From sequence record KT919972.1: DNA of 64,000 nt; one strand, written 5' to 3'. Made by a program: the position numbers and the translations under genes. The notes beneath the pieces were generated by a model. The model ran no database searches, had not been told where the DNA came from, and saw only the letters and a program-made list of their open reading frames with translations. Each line of letters starts with the position of its first letter. The stretch's first letter is position 1. Below are positions 17,829 to 26,801 of the stretch, in pieces.

Positions 17829-17836
17829 TATTTATG
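17829..17836 (-). promoter_or_regulatory. Late-promoter-like motif for the alt-like gene
   Basis: CATAAATA on the minus strand (1 mismatch to TATAAATA). Confidence 0.6.
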
Positions 17837-17887
17837 ATTGCTCATAACACCCGTTGAAATTATTTTAAACTTTTTGTCAGAAAAAGG

Positions 17888-17955
17888 TTGCTTTGTTTTC
17901 GTTTTAACCATATTATAGCTTCATCGAAACGAATTAACGAACAGAGAGAATAATT
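17888..17955 (+). promoter_or_regulatory. Class I early promoter plus conserved leader
   Basis: GG-TTGCTT-N17-TATTAT-AGCTTCATCGAAACGA...AGAGAGAATAATT. Confidence 0.8.
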
Positions 17956-18462
17956 ATGAATGTACAATCACTGACTAACGAACAACTTGCAGCACGTTAC
18001 AACATGACAGTAGACTCAAACGGCTTTCAAGCTGTTGATGATAAAGGTCGTCGTCATTATCTAACAGACTTGCGTCAGAAAGCGATGAAAGAAGCTAAGA
18101 CGAAACGTACTTCAAAAGTTAAAGCAGCGGCAAGCAAAATCGCTTTACCAACCGCAGAAGAGAACTTAGCGCGTCTGAACGGTGATTTTACTGAACATCA
18201 ATGGTTTATTCGTGAATCTCAGCCGGGTCTTGATATTGAAGAATTAGGTCTGCGATTCTACTTTATTGGTGGTCACGAACGTCATCAATTGAACATTCGT
18301 ACAAAGCACTTCAGTAACAAAGAGTTGAATAACTTTTACGCTGACAAAAAGATTCTGAAAGCTCACAAAGGTACAGGTTCAATCACAATCGGTTCTCTGA
18401 GTTATGATGAAGTAGTCGAAATTGCTAACGATATCATCGAAAAGAGCAAAAACGAGATCTAA
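17956..18462 (+). CDS. Hypothetical early protein
   Basis: First ORF after an early promoter. Confidence 0.75.
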   Translation: MNVQSLTNEQLAARYNMTVDSNGFQAVDDKGRRHYLTDLRQKAMKEAKTKRTSKVKAAASKIALPTAEENLARLNGDFTEHQWFIRESQPGLDIEELGLRFYFIGGHERHQLNIRTKHFSNKELNNFYADKKILKAHKGTGSITIGSLSYDEVVEIANDIIEKSKNEI

Positions 18463-18483
18463 ATCACGAAAAAAGTAGTTTTA

Positions 18484-18516
18484 GGGATTGACAATAACAC
18501 GTCAATCCCCGATAAT
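18484..18516 (+). promoter_or_regulatory. Early promoter within an inverted repeat
   Basis: TTGACA-N17-GATAAT; gggattgac / gtcaatccc. Confidence 0.75.
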
Positions 18517-18560
18517 AAACACATCAAGACGAGATACGAACTACTTAAAGAGAGAACATT

Positions 18561-19376
18561 ATGACAATCACTAAAGCAGAAATGAAAGCTATCGCAATCG
18601 ACCTTATGTCTGGTAACAACTTGATGAAGCGCGATCTGATTGCAGAAGGTTGGTCATTTGAATTTTCAAAACGTAAAGCTGCACTAGGTGATTGTAACTA
18701 CCGTACTAAAACGCTACGTATTTCTGAAGAATTCTTGAACGCTCGTACTAAAGAAGAGCAAATCAACACAATCACTCACGAAATGGCTCATGCGATTGCT
18801 TACACTGATTACAACGAACGTGGTCACGGTGCTATCTGGAAGCGTGTACACCGTCAACTAGGTGGCGATGCAAAGCGTTGCTCAACCGTATCTAACCCTG
18901 ATGCTGTAGATAGCAAGTACGTTGTTTTCTTCGAAAACGCTCAAGGTGAACTTGAAGTAGTTCAGAAAATGGATCGTTTGACTAAGCGTTTTCAACCAGT
19001 ACACATCAAGGCTCTATACTTGAAAGGTCGTAAAGCTGAAACTGAAGGTCAACTTCGTTGCGTTGCAACATCAACATTCAACGCTATCAAAGCAGATCAC
19101 GAAGCTAAGAAAGCTGAAAATACTAAAGCAGTTGAACCTGTAGCAGCACCTGCACCGAAAGCTGAAGCGCCTAAGCCTGCTAAGAAAGTAAACGCACGTG
19201 GTCAAGCTGCTCGTGACGCAATCGCAGAAATCGTAATGAATACTACTCACAAAGGTTGTAAGTCAGTGTCATTTGAACAGCGTGGTAAATACAAAGATTG
19301 GTACATCATTATTGAACTAGAAGCTCACACAATCGAAAAGCGTCTAGACACTTTCAAAAAATCTCACGGTTTATAA
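18561..19376 (+). CDS. SprT-like zinc metalloprotease
   Basis: FSKRKAALGDC, ITHEMAHA, HG..WK motifs. Confidence 0.8.
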   Translation: MTITKAEMKAIAIDLMSGNNLMKRDLIAEGWSFEFSKRKAALGDCNYRTKTLRISEEFLNARTKEEQINTITHEMAHAIAYTDYNERGHGAIWKRVHRQLGGDAKRCSTVSNPDAVDSKYVVFFENAQGELEVVQKMDRLTKRFQPVHIKALYLKGRKAETEGQLRCVATSTFNAIKADHEAKKAENTKAVEPVAAPAPKAEAPKPAKKVNARGQAARDAIAEIVMNTTHKGCKSVSFEQRGKYKDWYIIIELEAHTIEKRLDTFKKSHGL

Positions 19377-19395
19377 CATTGTTGTTCTCTTTATA

Positions 19396-19416
19396 GCCCC
19401 GAAAGGGGCTTTTTTT
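19396..19416 (+). terminator. Intrinsic terminator
   Basis: agcccc-gaaa-ggggctttttt. Confidence 0.85.
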
Positions 19417-19444
19417 GGTTTGAGCGGAAAAATTCCGTCTCATC

Positions 19445-19489
19445 TTAGTAGTATTAGTGCTTTTAGTAATATTAGAAGTATTAGTAAGA
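19445..19489. repeat. Five tandem imperfect 9-bp repeats
   Basis: ttagtagta|ttagtgctt|ttagtaata|ttagaagta|ttagtaaga. Confidence 0.75.
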
Positions 19490-19492
19490 TTT

Positions 19493-19522
19493 GTTTAATA
19501 ACCACCTTGGCAGACGTATAAT
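19493..19522 (+). promoter_or_regulatory. Class II promoter
   Basis: G-TTTAAT-N17-TATAAT. Confidence 0.65.
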
Positions 19523-19540
19523 ATAGGTCGAGGTGAAGAA

Positions 19541-19780
19541 ATGATAACGATATACACAATTCCCAACTGTGACGGCTGTCGTCACGCAATTTCCCTCTGT
19601 AAGTTCAAAAACGTCCCGTACACTGTAATAGAGTTACAGTCTCAATCTGATATCGATAAATTGCATGAGAAACTTGGTGGGGTGCGCAACATTCGCGTGC
19701 CTCTTGCTATGCATGGTGATACATACATAGGTCATCTTCCAGAACTCAAGCAATGGGTTGATAACCAGACATATAAATAA
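19541..19780 (+). CDS. Glutaredoxin (NrdC/NrdH-like)
   Basis: IYTIPNCDGC CxxC; VP...IG. Confidence 0.85.
   Translation: MITIYTIPNCDGCRHAISLCKFKNVPYTVIELQSQSDIDKLHEKLGGVRNIRVPLAMHGDTYIGHLPELKQWVDNQTYK
19772..19779 (+). promoter_or_regulatory. T4-type late promoter
   Basis: Perfect TATAAATA upstream of gene 24. Confidence 0.85.
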
Positions 19781-19835
19781 AAGAAAATAACATTCTCTCC
19801 GCTGAAATGCGGCAATAAATTAAAGGAATCATACA

Positions 19836-20735
19836 ATGACTGTATCTAATAGTAACGGTTTACCAGACATTGTTTCTGTTCAAAAACGACTATACCCGTT
19901 AATATTTACGCAAATCGTTTCAGAACAGCCAACAACTCAACCGGTTGCGACTGCGTTCGGTTTCAAATCTGTAGCTGAAGCTGATGACGCGAGTGGGTGG
20001 CTGCCACATGGTTTTAGACTTGATCGCTGGTATGCACAAGTTCAATCATCAAAGCTAAAAACTGAAATCTCACTTGAAACAATTCAAGACATGCAAGCAC
20101 TTGGTGTCAATGAATCGATTATCACAGATTCTATTGCTGATCAAATCGCAGATGACATCAACACTAATATCATCGATGCACTAAACAGTATTTCAACTGT
20201 TGGTAGTGCAATTACGCTATCTGCTATTACTAACCGTTTTGATAAAGGTCGAGAATTATACTCGTTCGTCCATGCATCTGCTGCTGAGATTGAAAAGTCA
20301 ACGGGTTGTACAGGTACATATATCGTAGCAGGTGGTGAAGCATTTGGTCTATTGACGGGCACTGGTATGGCTACACAGATTGGTGATACTAGCATGTATA
20401 AATGTGACTCTGGGTTATATCTAGTTCATGACAAGTATGCAACGACTGACTACGTAACAATTGGTGTTAAGAAAGAACTTGGTGATTATGAAATCTCAAG
20501 TTTAGTATTCAGCCCATACAACTTTGACAAAGCAACAGACGCTGGTATTGCATATCAATATAAAACACAAGACTCAAAATCATTCCACCCAATTTACGGT
20601 GTGATTGCTCGATACGCATTGACCGTAGCCCCATTAGAAGACAATCAAACGGGTGCAGTTGAAATCGACTGGGATAATCTTGGTGTTCTTGCGAACAGTT
20701 CTAAGCTGTCATACACTCACGCAGTAACGGTATAA
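19836..20735 (+). CDS. gp24: Capsid vertex protein
   Basis: LIFTQIVSEQPTTQPVA, RW...SSKLKTEISLE.IQDM, IADDINT.II, LVFSPY: HK97-fold gp23/gp24 signatures. Confidence 0.85.
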   Translation: MTVSNSNGLPDIVSVQKRLYPLIFTQIVSEQPTTQPVATAFGFKSVAEADDASGWLPHGFRLDRWYAQVQSSKLKTEISLETIQDMQALGVNESIITDSIADQIADDINTNIIDALNSISTVGSAITLSAITNRFDKGRELYSFVHASAAEIEKSTGCTGTYIVAGGEAFGLLTGTGMATQIGDTSMYKCDSGLYLVHDKYATTDYVTIGVKKELGDYEISSLVFSPYNFDKATDAGIAYQYKTQDSKSFHPIYGVIARYALTVAPLEDNQTGAVEIDWDNLGVLANSSKLSYTHAVTV

Positions 20736-20743
20736 GGTGTGAC

Positions 20744-21256
20744 ATGAAAAATCATTATGTAGATAATAAAGCTCTGTACGCATCTTTGTGCGAATGGAAA
20801 AACGAAATGAAGAAACACCCTGATGCTGCAATTCCCGTCCCTGACGTGGTAGCAATCAGTATCATGAAGATTAGCGAGAATTTATCTCGCCGTTACAATT
20901 TTAGTGGGTATACTGCAACATGGAAAGAAGAGATGATCGGTGACGCGATTGAACATTGCTTGCGCTATATCAAGAACTTCGACACTGACAAGTATAACAA
21001 CCCACACGCTTATATCACTCGTATTTGCTTCAATGCGTTTGTACAACGTATTAAGAAAGAAAGAAAAGATACAGCGATTAAATATAAAGTATTCTTATGT
21101 GATTCGTCTAACTACTCGATTGATGGTGAAGAAACTGATTTCGATTTTCTTCAACAGATGTTAGAACGTGTCAATTCTTACGAATCTGGCAAGACTGCTA
21201 AAGCTCAACCAGATGAACAGAAAGAACCACTTAACTTACAGAAATTTTACGATTAA
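20744..21256 (+). CDS. gp55: Late transcription sigma factor
   Basis: HYVDNK.L...W, RYNFSGYT..WKEEMIGDA, NPHAYITRICFNAFVQRIKKE. Confidence 0.95.
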   Translation: MKNHYVDNKALYASLCEWKNEMKKHPDAAIPVPDVVAISIMKISENLSRRYNFSGYTATWKEEMIGDAIEHCLRYIKNFDTDKYNNPHAYITRICFNAFVQRIKKERKDTAIKYKVFLCDSSNYSIDGEETDFDFLQQMLERVNSYESGKTAKAQPDEQKEPLNLQKFYD

Positions 21257-21265
21257 GGAATTAAC

Positions 21266-22711
21266 ATGTTAGGTAACTTTGACTCATTTCTGAGTGAAAA
21301 TCGCCGTCAAACTCAGGGTGGTAAAATCTACCCTAAGTTTGGTCAAGTTATTGTTGAGCTAGGCACTGCATCTACTGAGTTCAGCAAAGGCAAAGGCGTT
21401 GAAACAACTATCGGCATGATGGAAAAGGCAAATGAGCTTAAATCTATCATGGGTACTAAACTTGCTGAAGATAAAAACGTCGATGAGAAAAACTTCGATA
21501 TCAATCTGAGCGAGAACGTAAGCACAATCAACTTGCTTATGGAAAACGAATTCTTATCATTGCCAGCACATGAGCTACAGCAAGTTAAGTCTATGATCAT
21601 GTGTACTGAAGCGCGTCTTCCTAGCATCGTGATTAAAGGCGGTTACTTAGATCAAGTTGTTGCTGAAGCGACTAAGCTTGGTTATAAGAAAAATGACATT
21701 CACGTTGTTTTCCCTATGCGTGAAATGAAAATTAATCTTGCTGATTCTGATAAGCTTGTAATTGAATCGCTATCAATTGACGACAATTCAGCATCTGAAG
21801 TACTGTCAATGGCTGAAAACATTGAGCTTGGTGACGTTTATGTGACTGTTGAATCGGTTGATTCAAAAGCTGAACTGTCTGACATCACTGAGATGAAAAT
21901 CAAGTCTGGTAAAAATGCACTTACATTGGCTGCACTGAACCGTAAAATCATGGACTTGTTCATTGTAAAAGAAGCGAAAGACGTATCATACGCTCGTGAA
22001 CGTAAAGACGATACTGGCTTGCCGATGCTAGAAGGCTTCAAAGCATACGATCTGAAACAGAACATCACCATGATTGAACATGCTCAGAACGTTTTCACGA
22101 AAGAAATCGCGACTGCGCCACTGACATCGACTGCATGGCAAAATCTTGTTGATGTGAAAGAAGCGTATTTTGACAACGGTTGGAAGCTGAAACACAACAA
22201 CACAAGTATTGTTCTAACAAACGCGGAACATGCTATGCGTGCAAGTCGTACGTGTTATGAATACCGTGTTGAACTGTCTGAAGCTGGTTACCCGCTTCTT
22301 GATATGATTGCGATGATGGAACGTAAAGGCGTGAAACGTTTTGACTGTAAAGCATTTGCTGAAGCTATGCTATCGTTCGATGGTTGTGTTACCCCTGAGC
22401 GTCAAACAGTGACTGCATTTTCAACAATGGCTGAGTCGAATCGTGTATTCCACCCGAATATCATGTCTAGTCTACGTCCAGTGACTGAAATGGTTGATGA
22501 TGTTGATTCACTGATTCGTGCTCTTGCAAATGATCAGTTCAGTTCATTCAAGGTTGGTCAATCTTTCTCTGAAGCGATGCTTGATCAAGAAACACTTTAC
22601 TCGATGATGGAAAACATCGTTGAAAACGGCGTTGACGTTTCGGTTGACGGTACTTTGATTGAGTTCAGCGTTAACGCAACGAACTATCTGATTGATATTG
22701 ATATTAAGTAG
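21266..22711 (+). CDS. Hypothetical 481-aa protein, candidate internal head protein
   Basis: N-terminus MLGNFDSFLSE; lies in the 24-55 transcription unit. Confidence 0.6.
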   Translation: MLGNFDSFLSENRRQTQGGKIYPKFGQVIVELGTASTEFSKGKGVETTIGMMEKANELKSIMGTKLAEDKNVDEKNFDINLSENVSTINLLMENEFLSLPAHELQQVKSMIMCTEARLPSIVIKGGYLDQVVAEATKLGYKKNDIHVVFPMREMKINLADSDKLVIESLSIDDNSASEVLSMAENIELGDVYVTVESVDSKAELSDITEMKIKSGKNALTLAALNRKIMDLFIVKEAKDVSYARERKDDTGLPMLEGFKAYDLKQNITMIEHAQNVFTKEIATAPLTSTAWQNLVDVKEAYFDNGWKLKHNNTSIVLTNAEHAMRASRTCYEYRVELSEAGYPLLDMIAMMERKGVKRFDCKAFAEAMLSFDGCVTPERQTVTAFSTMAESNRVFHPNIMSSLRPVTEMVDDVDSLIRALANDQFSSFKVGQSFSEAMLDQETLYSMMENIVENGVDVSVDGTLIEFSVNATNYLIDIDIK

Positions 22712-22718
22712 GTGTACA

Positions 22719-23366
22719 ATGAAGCAATTTGGTGAATTTTTAACTGAAGTACAAAAGTACAGTTCCGCAGCAACGTCGATACGTGGTAAAGAAGTAGCAG
22801 CACTGGTTAAACTATACAAGAAAGGTATGTTTACACCGGGTGGTACTGCTCTTGACTATGGTGCTGGTAAATACGGTCGTAACGCTGAATTTTTACGCTC
22901 TGAAGGCATCAAAACGTATGCATATGACAAATTCAATGGTACATCTGCTGATGGTTGGACTGATGTCAGTCTGACTATCCCAAATGGGGAATCATTCGAT
23001 ACGGCGTTTACTTCTTACGTACTGAACGTTGTACCTGAAGAAGTCGAAGCAGAGATTATTCGTGATGTTGAGTCTCGTGCTCGTGGTAAAGTTTTCCATA
23101 TCACTCGCGGTACTGACATTACTCAAACTGTGTTGAACGTGATCAGTGGTAAAAGCAAAAACGATATCATGATGCAATTCATTGCTCAAGAATATCCAGA
23201 TCTGTCTATGCAGATTGAAGCAGGTAATGCAACAAGAGACGTGGCTAAAGAAATTGCTACTCGCGGTGTAGTTACAGCGAAAGACAGCTTTCAACGTATT
23301 CCAGACCTTTCAAAGTACGGTTACAAGAAATCTGGTTCAGGTGCTTCGGTAGTTTGGACAAAATAA
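22719..23366 (+). CDS. Class I SAM-dependent methyltransferase with a capsid-targeting-like N-terminus
   Basis: MKQFGEFLTE; motif I LDYGAGKYG; YD acidic motif; FDTAFTSYVLNVV. Confidence 0.75.
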   Translation: MKQFGEFLTEVQKYSSAATSIRGKEVAALVKLYKKGMFTPGGTALDYGAGKYGRNAEFLRSEGIKTYAYDKFNGTSADGWTDVSLTIPNGESFDTAFTSYVLNVVPEEVEAEIIRDVESRARGKVFHITRGTDITQTVLNVISGKSKNDIMMQFIAQEYPDLSMQIEAGNATRDVAKEIATRGVVTAKDSFQRIPDLSKYGYKKSGSGASVVWTK

Positions 23367-23383
23367 TTTGAAATTATTTGAAT

Positions 23384-23460
23384 AAAAGGGTTGCTTCGGC
23401 AACCCTTTTTGCGTATTATAGCTCTATCGAAACGAGATACGAAAACAAAGAGAGTACATT
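23384..23460 (+). promoter_or_regulatory. Terminator-promoter fusion plus conserved leader
   Basis: aaaagggttgc-ttcg-gcaacccttttt; TTGCTT-N17-TATTAT; 40 nt identical to 38148-38187. Confidence 0.85.
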
Positions 23461-23727
23461 ATGATGATTACTGAATCAATTCGCCTTACTACTGTACGTG
23501 ATATGCTAGACTGCCCTGCTACGTCTTTCGCATTCTGGTCGCGAGAATTCATGATTATGCCTGACGAAGATTTAACAATCAAGACAGACGAAGAAAAAGT
23601 GACATTTATTCTTCTTGACTCTATGTGTGTTGTTACTGTAACATTAGACGATACATTAGAAACATTAGAAGCGGAATTCTCAGATGCACTTACAGAACGA
23701 GCAAAACGAGCAAAACGAATAGTTTAA
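23461..23727 (+). CDS. Hypothetical early protein
   Basis: AAGAGAGTACATTATG leader. Confidence 0.7.
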   Translation: MMITESIRLTTVRDMLDCPATSFAFWSREFMIMPDEDLTIKTDEEKVTFILLDSMCVVTVTLDDTLETLEAEFSDALTERAKRAKRIV

Positions 23728-23751
23728 CTGCTCGTATTTGTTAGATATAAT
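23722..23751 (+). promoter_or_regulatory. Class II promoter
   Basis: G-TTTAAC-N17-TATAAT. Confidence 0.7.
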
Positions 23752-23774
23752 ACTCAAACATTGAAGGAAACATT

Positions 23775-24236
23775 ATGATTTATATTGAAACGAGCAACAT
23801 TCTATCTGATGACACTCTTGGGTTTGCAATTGCAGGTGCGCCTCAAATCGACCAGCTTGAGAAAAAAGAGCGTGACAACGTACTCAATAAAGCAATTGAA
23901 GTCAAGCTTTATGAGCGTCTACCGTCAACTGCTGTCCTTGATTTTCTCTTAAATCAAAAGATTTCATTCATTGCCGTTTTGAGCAAAGTTTCGGTTATTG
24001 CTGAACAACAACGCGCTTGGTTTGATACGCTCGGTAAGCAATTAAACGTTGATGTAATGTACACTGACTTTCAAGAAGTCGAGCATACTCGCGATACACT
24101 ATTGATTGCTGAAGATCGTCATGAACTGAAGCTTCACGCTCAGAAAGATGGTAAGATTCTTCCATTTTCAACACATACACAATTTCAATTCATCATCGAC
24201 CATTTAAAGATTCAGGTCGATACTAAGGAGCAGTAA
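23775..24236 (+). CDS. Hypothetical protein
   Basis: AAGG RBS. Confidence 0.7.
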   Translation: MIYIETSNILSDDTLGFAIAGAPQIDQLEKKERDNVLNKAIEVKLYERLPSTAVLDFLLNQKISFIAVLSKVSVIAEQQRAWFDTLGKQLNVDVMYTDFQEVEHTRDTLLIAEDRHELKLHAQKDGKILPFSTHTQFQFIIDHLKIQVDTKEQ

Positions 24237-24586
24237 TGCAAGAAAAGCCAGATTTACTTAAAGACGACGAAATTGTTGATGTAGTCGATGATCAAGAGGT
24301 ACAAGAATATCTCGAACAGATTAACGCTCAACGCCGTGCTTTGATTGAGAAAGAAGCTAAACGACGCATCAAAAAGAACTCGCGTGAGATTAAACGTCTG
24401 CGTAAGCACGCTGAAAAGTGTTTAATTGAAGAGAACAAAGCGGGTTATATCTACGCAATTCGTAAGCTGCGTTCTATTACTGGTCAAACTGTCGGTGACG
24501 ATGTGCTTGAGACGCTTTGGGAAACAAGTCGCGAACAAGTATTGACTATCGTACGCTCTTTCGCAGAAGCGAAAGCGGGTCAGTAA
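24236..24586 (+). CDS. T4 a-gt.4-like conserved protein
   Basis: EAKRRIKKNSREIKRLRKHAE...YIYAIRKLR...LETLWETSREQ. Confidence 0.75.
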   Translation: MQEKPDLLKDDEIVDVVDDQEVQEYLEQINAQRRALIEKEAKRRIKKNSREIKRLRKHAEKCLIEENKAGYIYAIRKLRSITGQTVGDDVLETLWETSREQVLTIVRSFAEAKAGQ

Positions 24587-25050
24587 TGGACATCAAATCA
24601 GGCGCTGGTTACCCAGCCAGTGCGCTGTCGAACTTTGCGCCACACGCATTCACTGTGCGTGGCGTTGAATGTGCTTCAATGGAAGGGTTTCTTCAGTCAC
24701 TGAAGTTTAAAAACCCTGATATGCAACGTGAAGTCTGCAAGCTTGTAGGTAAAGTTGCTAAAGCACGCGGTGCAAAGAAGAACTGGCAGCGCACTCAGAC
24801 ACTTTATTGGCAAGGTGAGCCGATTCAGAGAGGTTCGGTTGGTTATCAATTGTTACTCGATGATGCGTACGCTGCGTTGGCTCAGAACGTCAAATTTCAA
24901 AAGGCACTGCTTGCTACTGGTAAAGCTACCCTTACTCATTCAATCGGGCGTAAGAAGCAGGCAGAGACGGTTTTAACTGTACAAGAATTCTGTAGCCGAT
25001 TGACAGAGATTCGGGAACATTTGCAGAATGAAGCTTATGAACGTAGTTAA
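24586..25050 (+). CDS. NADAR-family hydrolase (T4 gp30.3-like)
   Basis: ALSNFAPHAF, MEGFLQSLK, TLYWQG, QN..FQKALLAT...LTHS, TVLT..EF match T4 30.3. Confidence 0.85.
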   Translation: MDIKSGAGYPASALSNFAPHAFTVRGVECASMEGFLQSLKFKNPDMQREVCKLVGKVAKARGAKKNWQRTQTLYWQGEPIQRGSVGYQLLLDDAYAALAQNVKFQKALLATGKATLTHSIGRKKQAETVLTVQEFCSRLTEIREHLQNEAYERS

Positions 25051-25537
25051 ATTGATGATTCGTGCGATCACTCGCGCTAAGAAAGCAAAGCCGATTGTTT
25101 ACATTGACATGGACAATGTGCTTGTTGACTTCAAAAGCGGTATTGATGCTCTTTCAATATGGGAGCGCAATCAATATGAAGGTCGCTACGATGAATGCCC
25201 GGGTATTTTCGCTCACATGAAACCACTCAACGGTGCAGTTTCTGCATTTGAAATGTTGAACAAACACTTCGATTGCTATATACTATCTACCGCACCGTGG
25301 GATAATCCCGGTGCATGGCAAGATAAACGATTGTGGGTTGAGCGTTACTTAGGTAAAGGCGCTTACAAACGACTGATCTTGTCACACAATAAGCAGTTAA
25401 ACTTCGGTCATTATCTCATCGACGACCGCACTAAAAACGGTGCAGGTGAGTTTATGGGCGAACACATTCACTTTGGCACAGACGAATTCCCTGATTGGGC
25501 TTCGGTTGTGACTTACCTTACGAGTGAGAAAAAATGA
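25028..25537 (+). CDS. 5'(3')-deoxyribonucleotidase (HAD, NT5C-type)
   Basis: IVYIDMDNVLVDF, ILSTAPW, DK..WV, YLIDDR. Confidence 0.85.
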   Translation: MKLMNVVKLMIRAITRAKKAKPIVYIDMDNVLVDFKSGIDALSIWERNQYEGRYDECPGIFAHMKPLNGAVSAFEMLNKHFDCYILSTAPWDNPGAWQDKRLWVERYLGKGAYKRLILSHNKQLNFGHYLIDDRTKNGAGEFMGEHIHFGTDEFPDWASVVTYLTSEKK

Positions 25538-26577
25538 GCAAAATAGCACTGGTTGGTGACTTACATATCGGCATTAAAGATGACGACTTGTGGGTTCAAA
25601 ACTACCAACGAGAATTCTTCGATTTTATGTTTGCTGAACTTGAAGAGCGCGGTGTAAAACAGATCATTCAGCTAGGCGACTGGTTTGATGTTCGACGCGG
25701 TGCGACTCAAGAAACATTGATGTTTCAGCGAACGTATCTAAATGGCATGCTGAAGGGATATGACACTCACGTTCTAGTGGGTAACCATGACATGCACTTG
25801 CGTGAATGCATTGTACCTAATACACCGTATGAAGTACTGAGCATTGTCCCTGATGTGACTATCTATGAAAAACCGACAACGGTTGAGTTTGATGGCGTGA
25901 AAATCGACATTATTCCGTGGATTTGTAAAGAAAATGCGGTTGAAATCGATGAATTCATCAAAAAATCGACATCTGAATACTGTGTCGGTCACTTCGAACT
26001 AAATGGTTTTGAATTTCATCGCGGTCAGAAAGCAACGGGCTGTCTTGATGCTGGCTTCTTGAAGAAGTACAAGCAAGTATGGTCTGGTCACTTTCACACT
26101 CAGTCTGAAGCAGGCAACATCAAGTATCTTGGTACTCCGTATACATTGACACTTGCAGATGCTGACGACAAGCGTGGTTTTTGGTTGTTCGATACTGAAA
26201 CTCATGAAATGGAGTTTATCGAGAACCCTAACTGTTGGCATACAAAGCTTTACTTTGATGCCGAGACGTTTGACCCGAAAACAATCCCGAGCTATGAAAA
26301 CCGTAACGTCAAGATTATCGTTGAACGTCGTTCAAGCGACAAGCGAGAAATCTCGTTTGATGTCGTCGAAGACCGTATTGCACAAATCGCACATGCGTGT
26401 CAAACGCTTGATGAATTGGATATCAAGAAAGATGTTGCCGAAGACATCAAATCGATCAAAGACATTGACGACTATGTTGCTGAGTATGCAGATACGCTTG
26501 ACGAATCGACTGATGTTAAGACGAAAGTTAAATCTATCTTCTCGGCGCTTCGTGCTGAAGCTTTGGAGAATGCATAA
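25534..26577 (+). CDS. gp47: Recombination nuclease, Mre11/SbcD-like
   Basis: GDLH.G, LGDWFD.R, GNHD, GHFEL.GF, SGHFH, YLGTP. Confidence 0.95.
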   Translation: MSKIALVGDLHIGIKDDDLWVQNYQREFFDFMFAELEERGVKQIIQLGDWFDVRRGATQETLMFQRTYLNGMLKGYDTHVLVGNHDMHLRECIVPNTPYEVLSIVPDVTIYEKPTTVEFDGVKIDIIPWICKENAVEIDEFIKKSTSEYCVGHFELNGFEFHRGQKATGCLDAGFLKKYKQVWSGHFHTQSEAGNIKYLGTPYTLTLADADDKRGFWLFDTETHEMEFIENPNCWHTKLYFDAETFDPKTIPSYENRNVKIIVERRSSDKREISFDVVEDRIAQIAHACQTLDELDIKKDVAEDIKSIKDIDDYVAEYADTLDESTDVKTKVKSIFSALRAEALENA

Positions 26578-26801
26578 TGGAACGTGAATTAGTAAGTCCT
26601 TGTAAAATCTGCGGCAAACTTCCGTTTATTCATAAGGCGCCAGTAATGGCAAATGGGTGTAGTTTCACAGCGTGGATTGTTGAATGTGACAACGACGATG
26701 ATGATCAGCGCACTCCTCCTTTCGTTGAGCATAGTCTAGTCGTCTATGGTTCTACGAAAGAAGAAGCAGTTGACCGATGGGATGAAATAGCCAATGATTA
26801 A
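26577..26801 (+). CDS. Lar (restriction-alleviation)-like small zinc-binding protein
   Basis: SPCKICG...WIVEC...STKEEAVDRW resembles the Lar pattern PCPFCG...V.C...T.EEAI.AWN. Confidence 0.45.
   Translation: MERELVSPCKICGKLPFIHKAPVMANGCSFTAWIVECDNDDDDQRTPPFVEHSLVVYGSTKEEAVDRWDEIAND

Noticed and set aside
19438-19506. Minus-strand 21-aa hydrophobic peptide (VVIKQILLILLILLKALILLR) read through the 9-bp repeats
   Set aside because: No properly spaced RBS or promoter; likely a by-product of the repeat, though a type I toxin-like peptide cannot be fully excluded.
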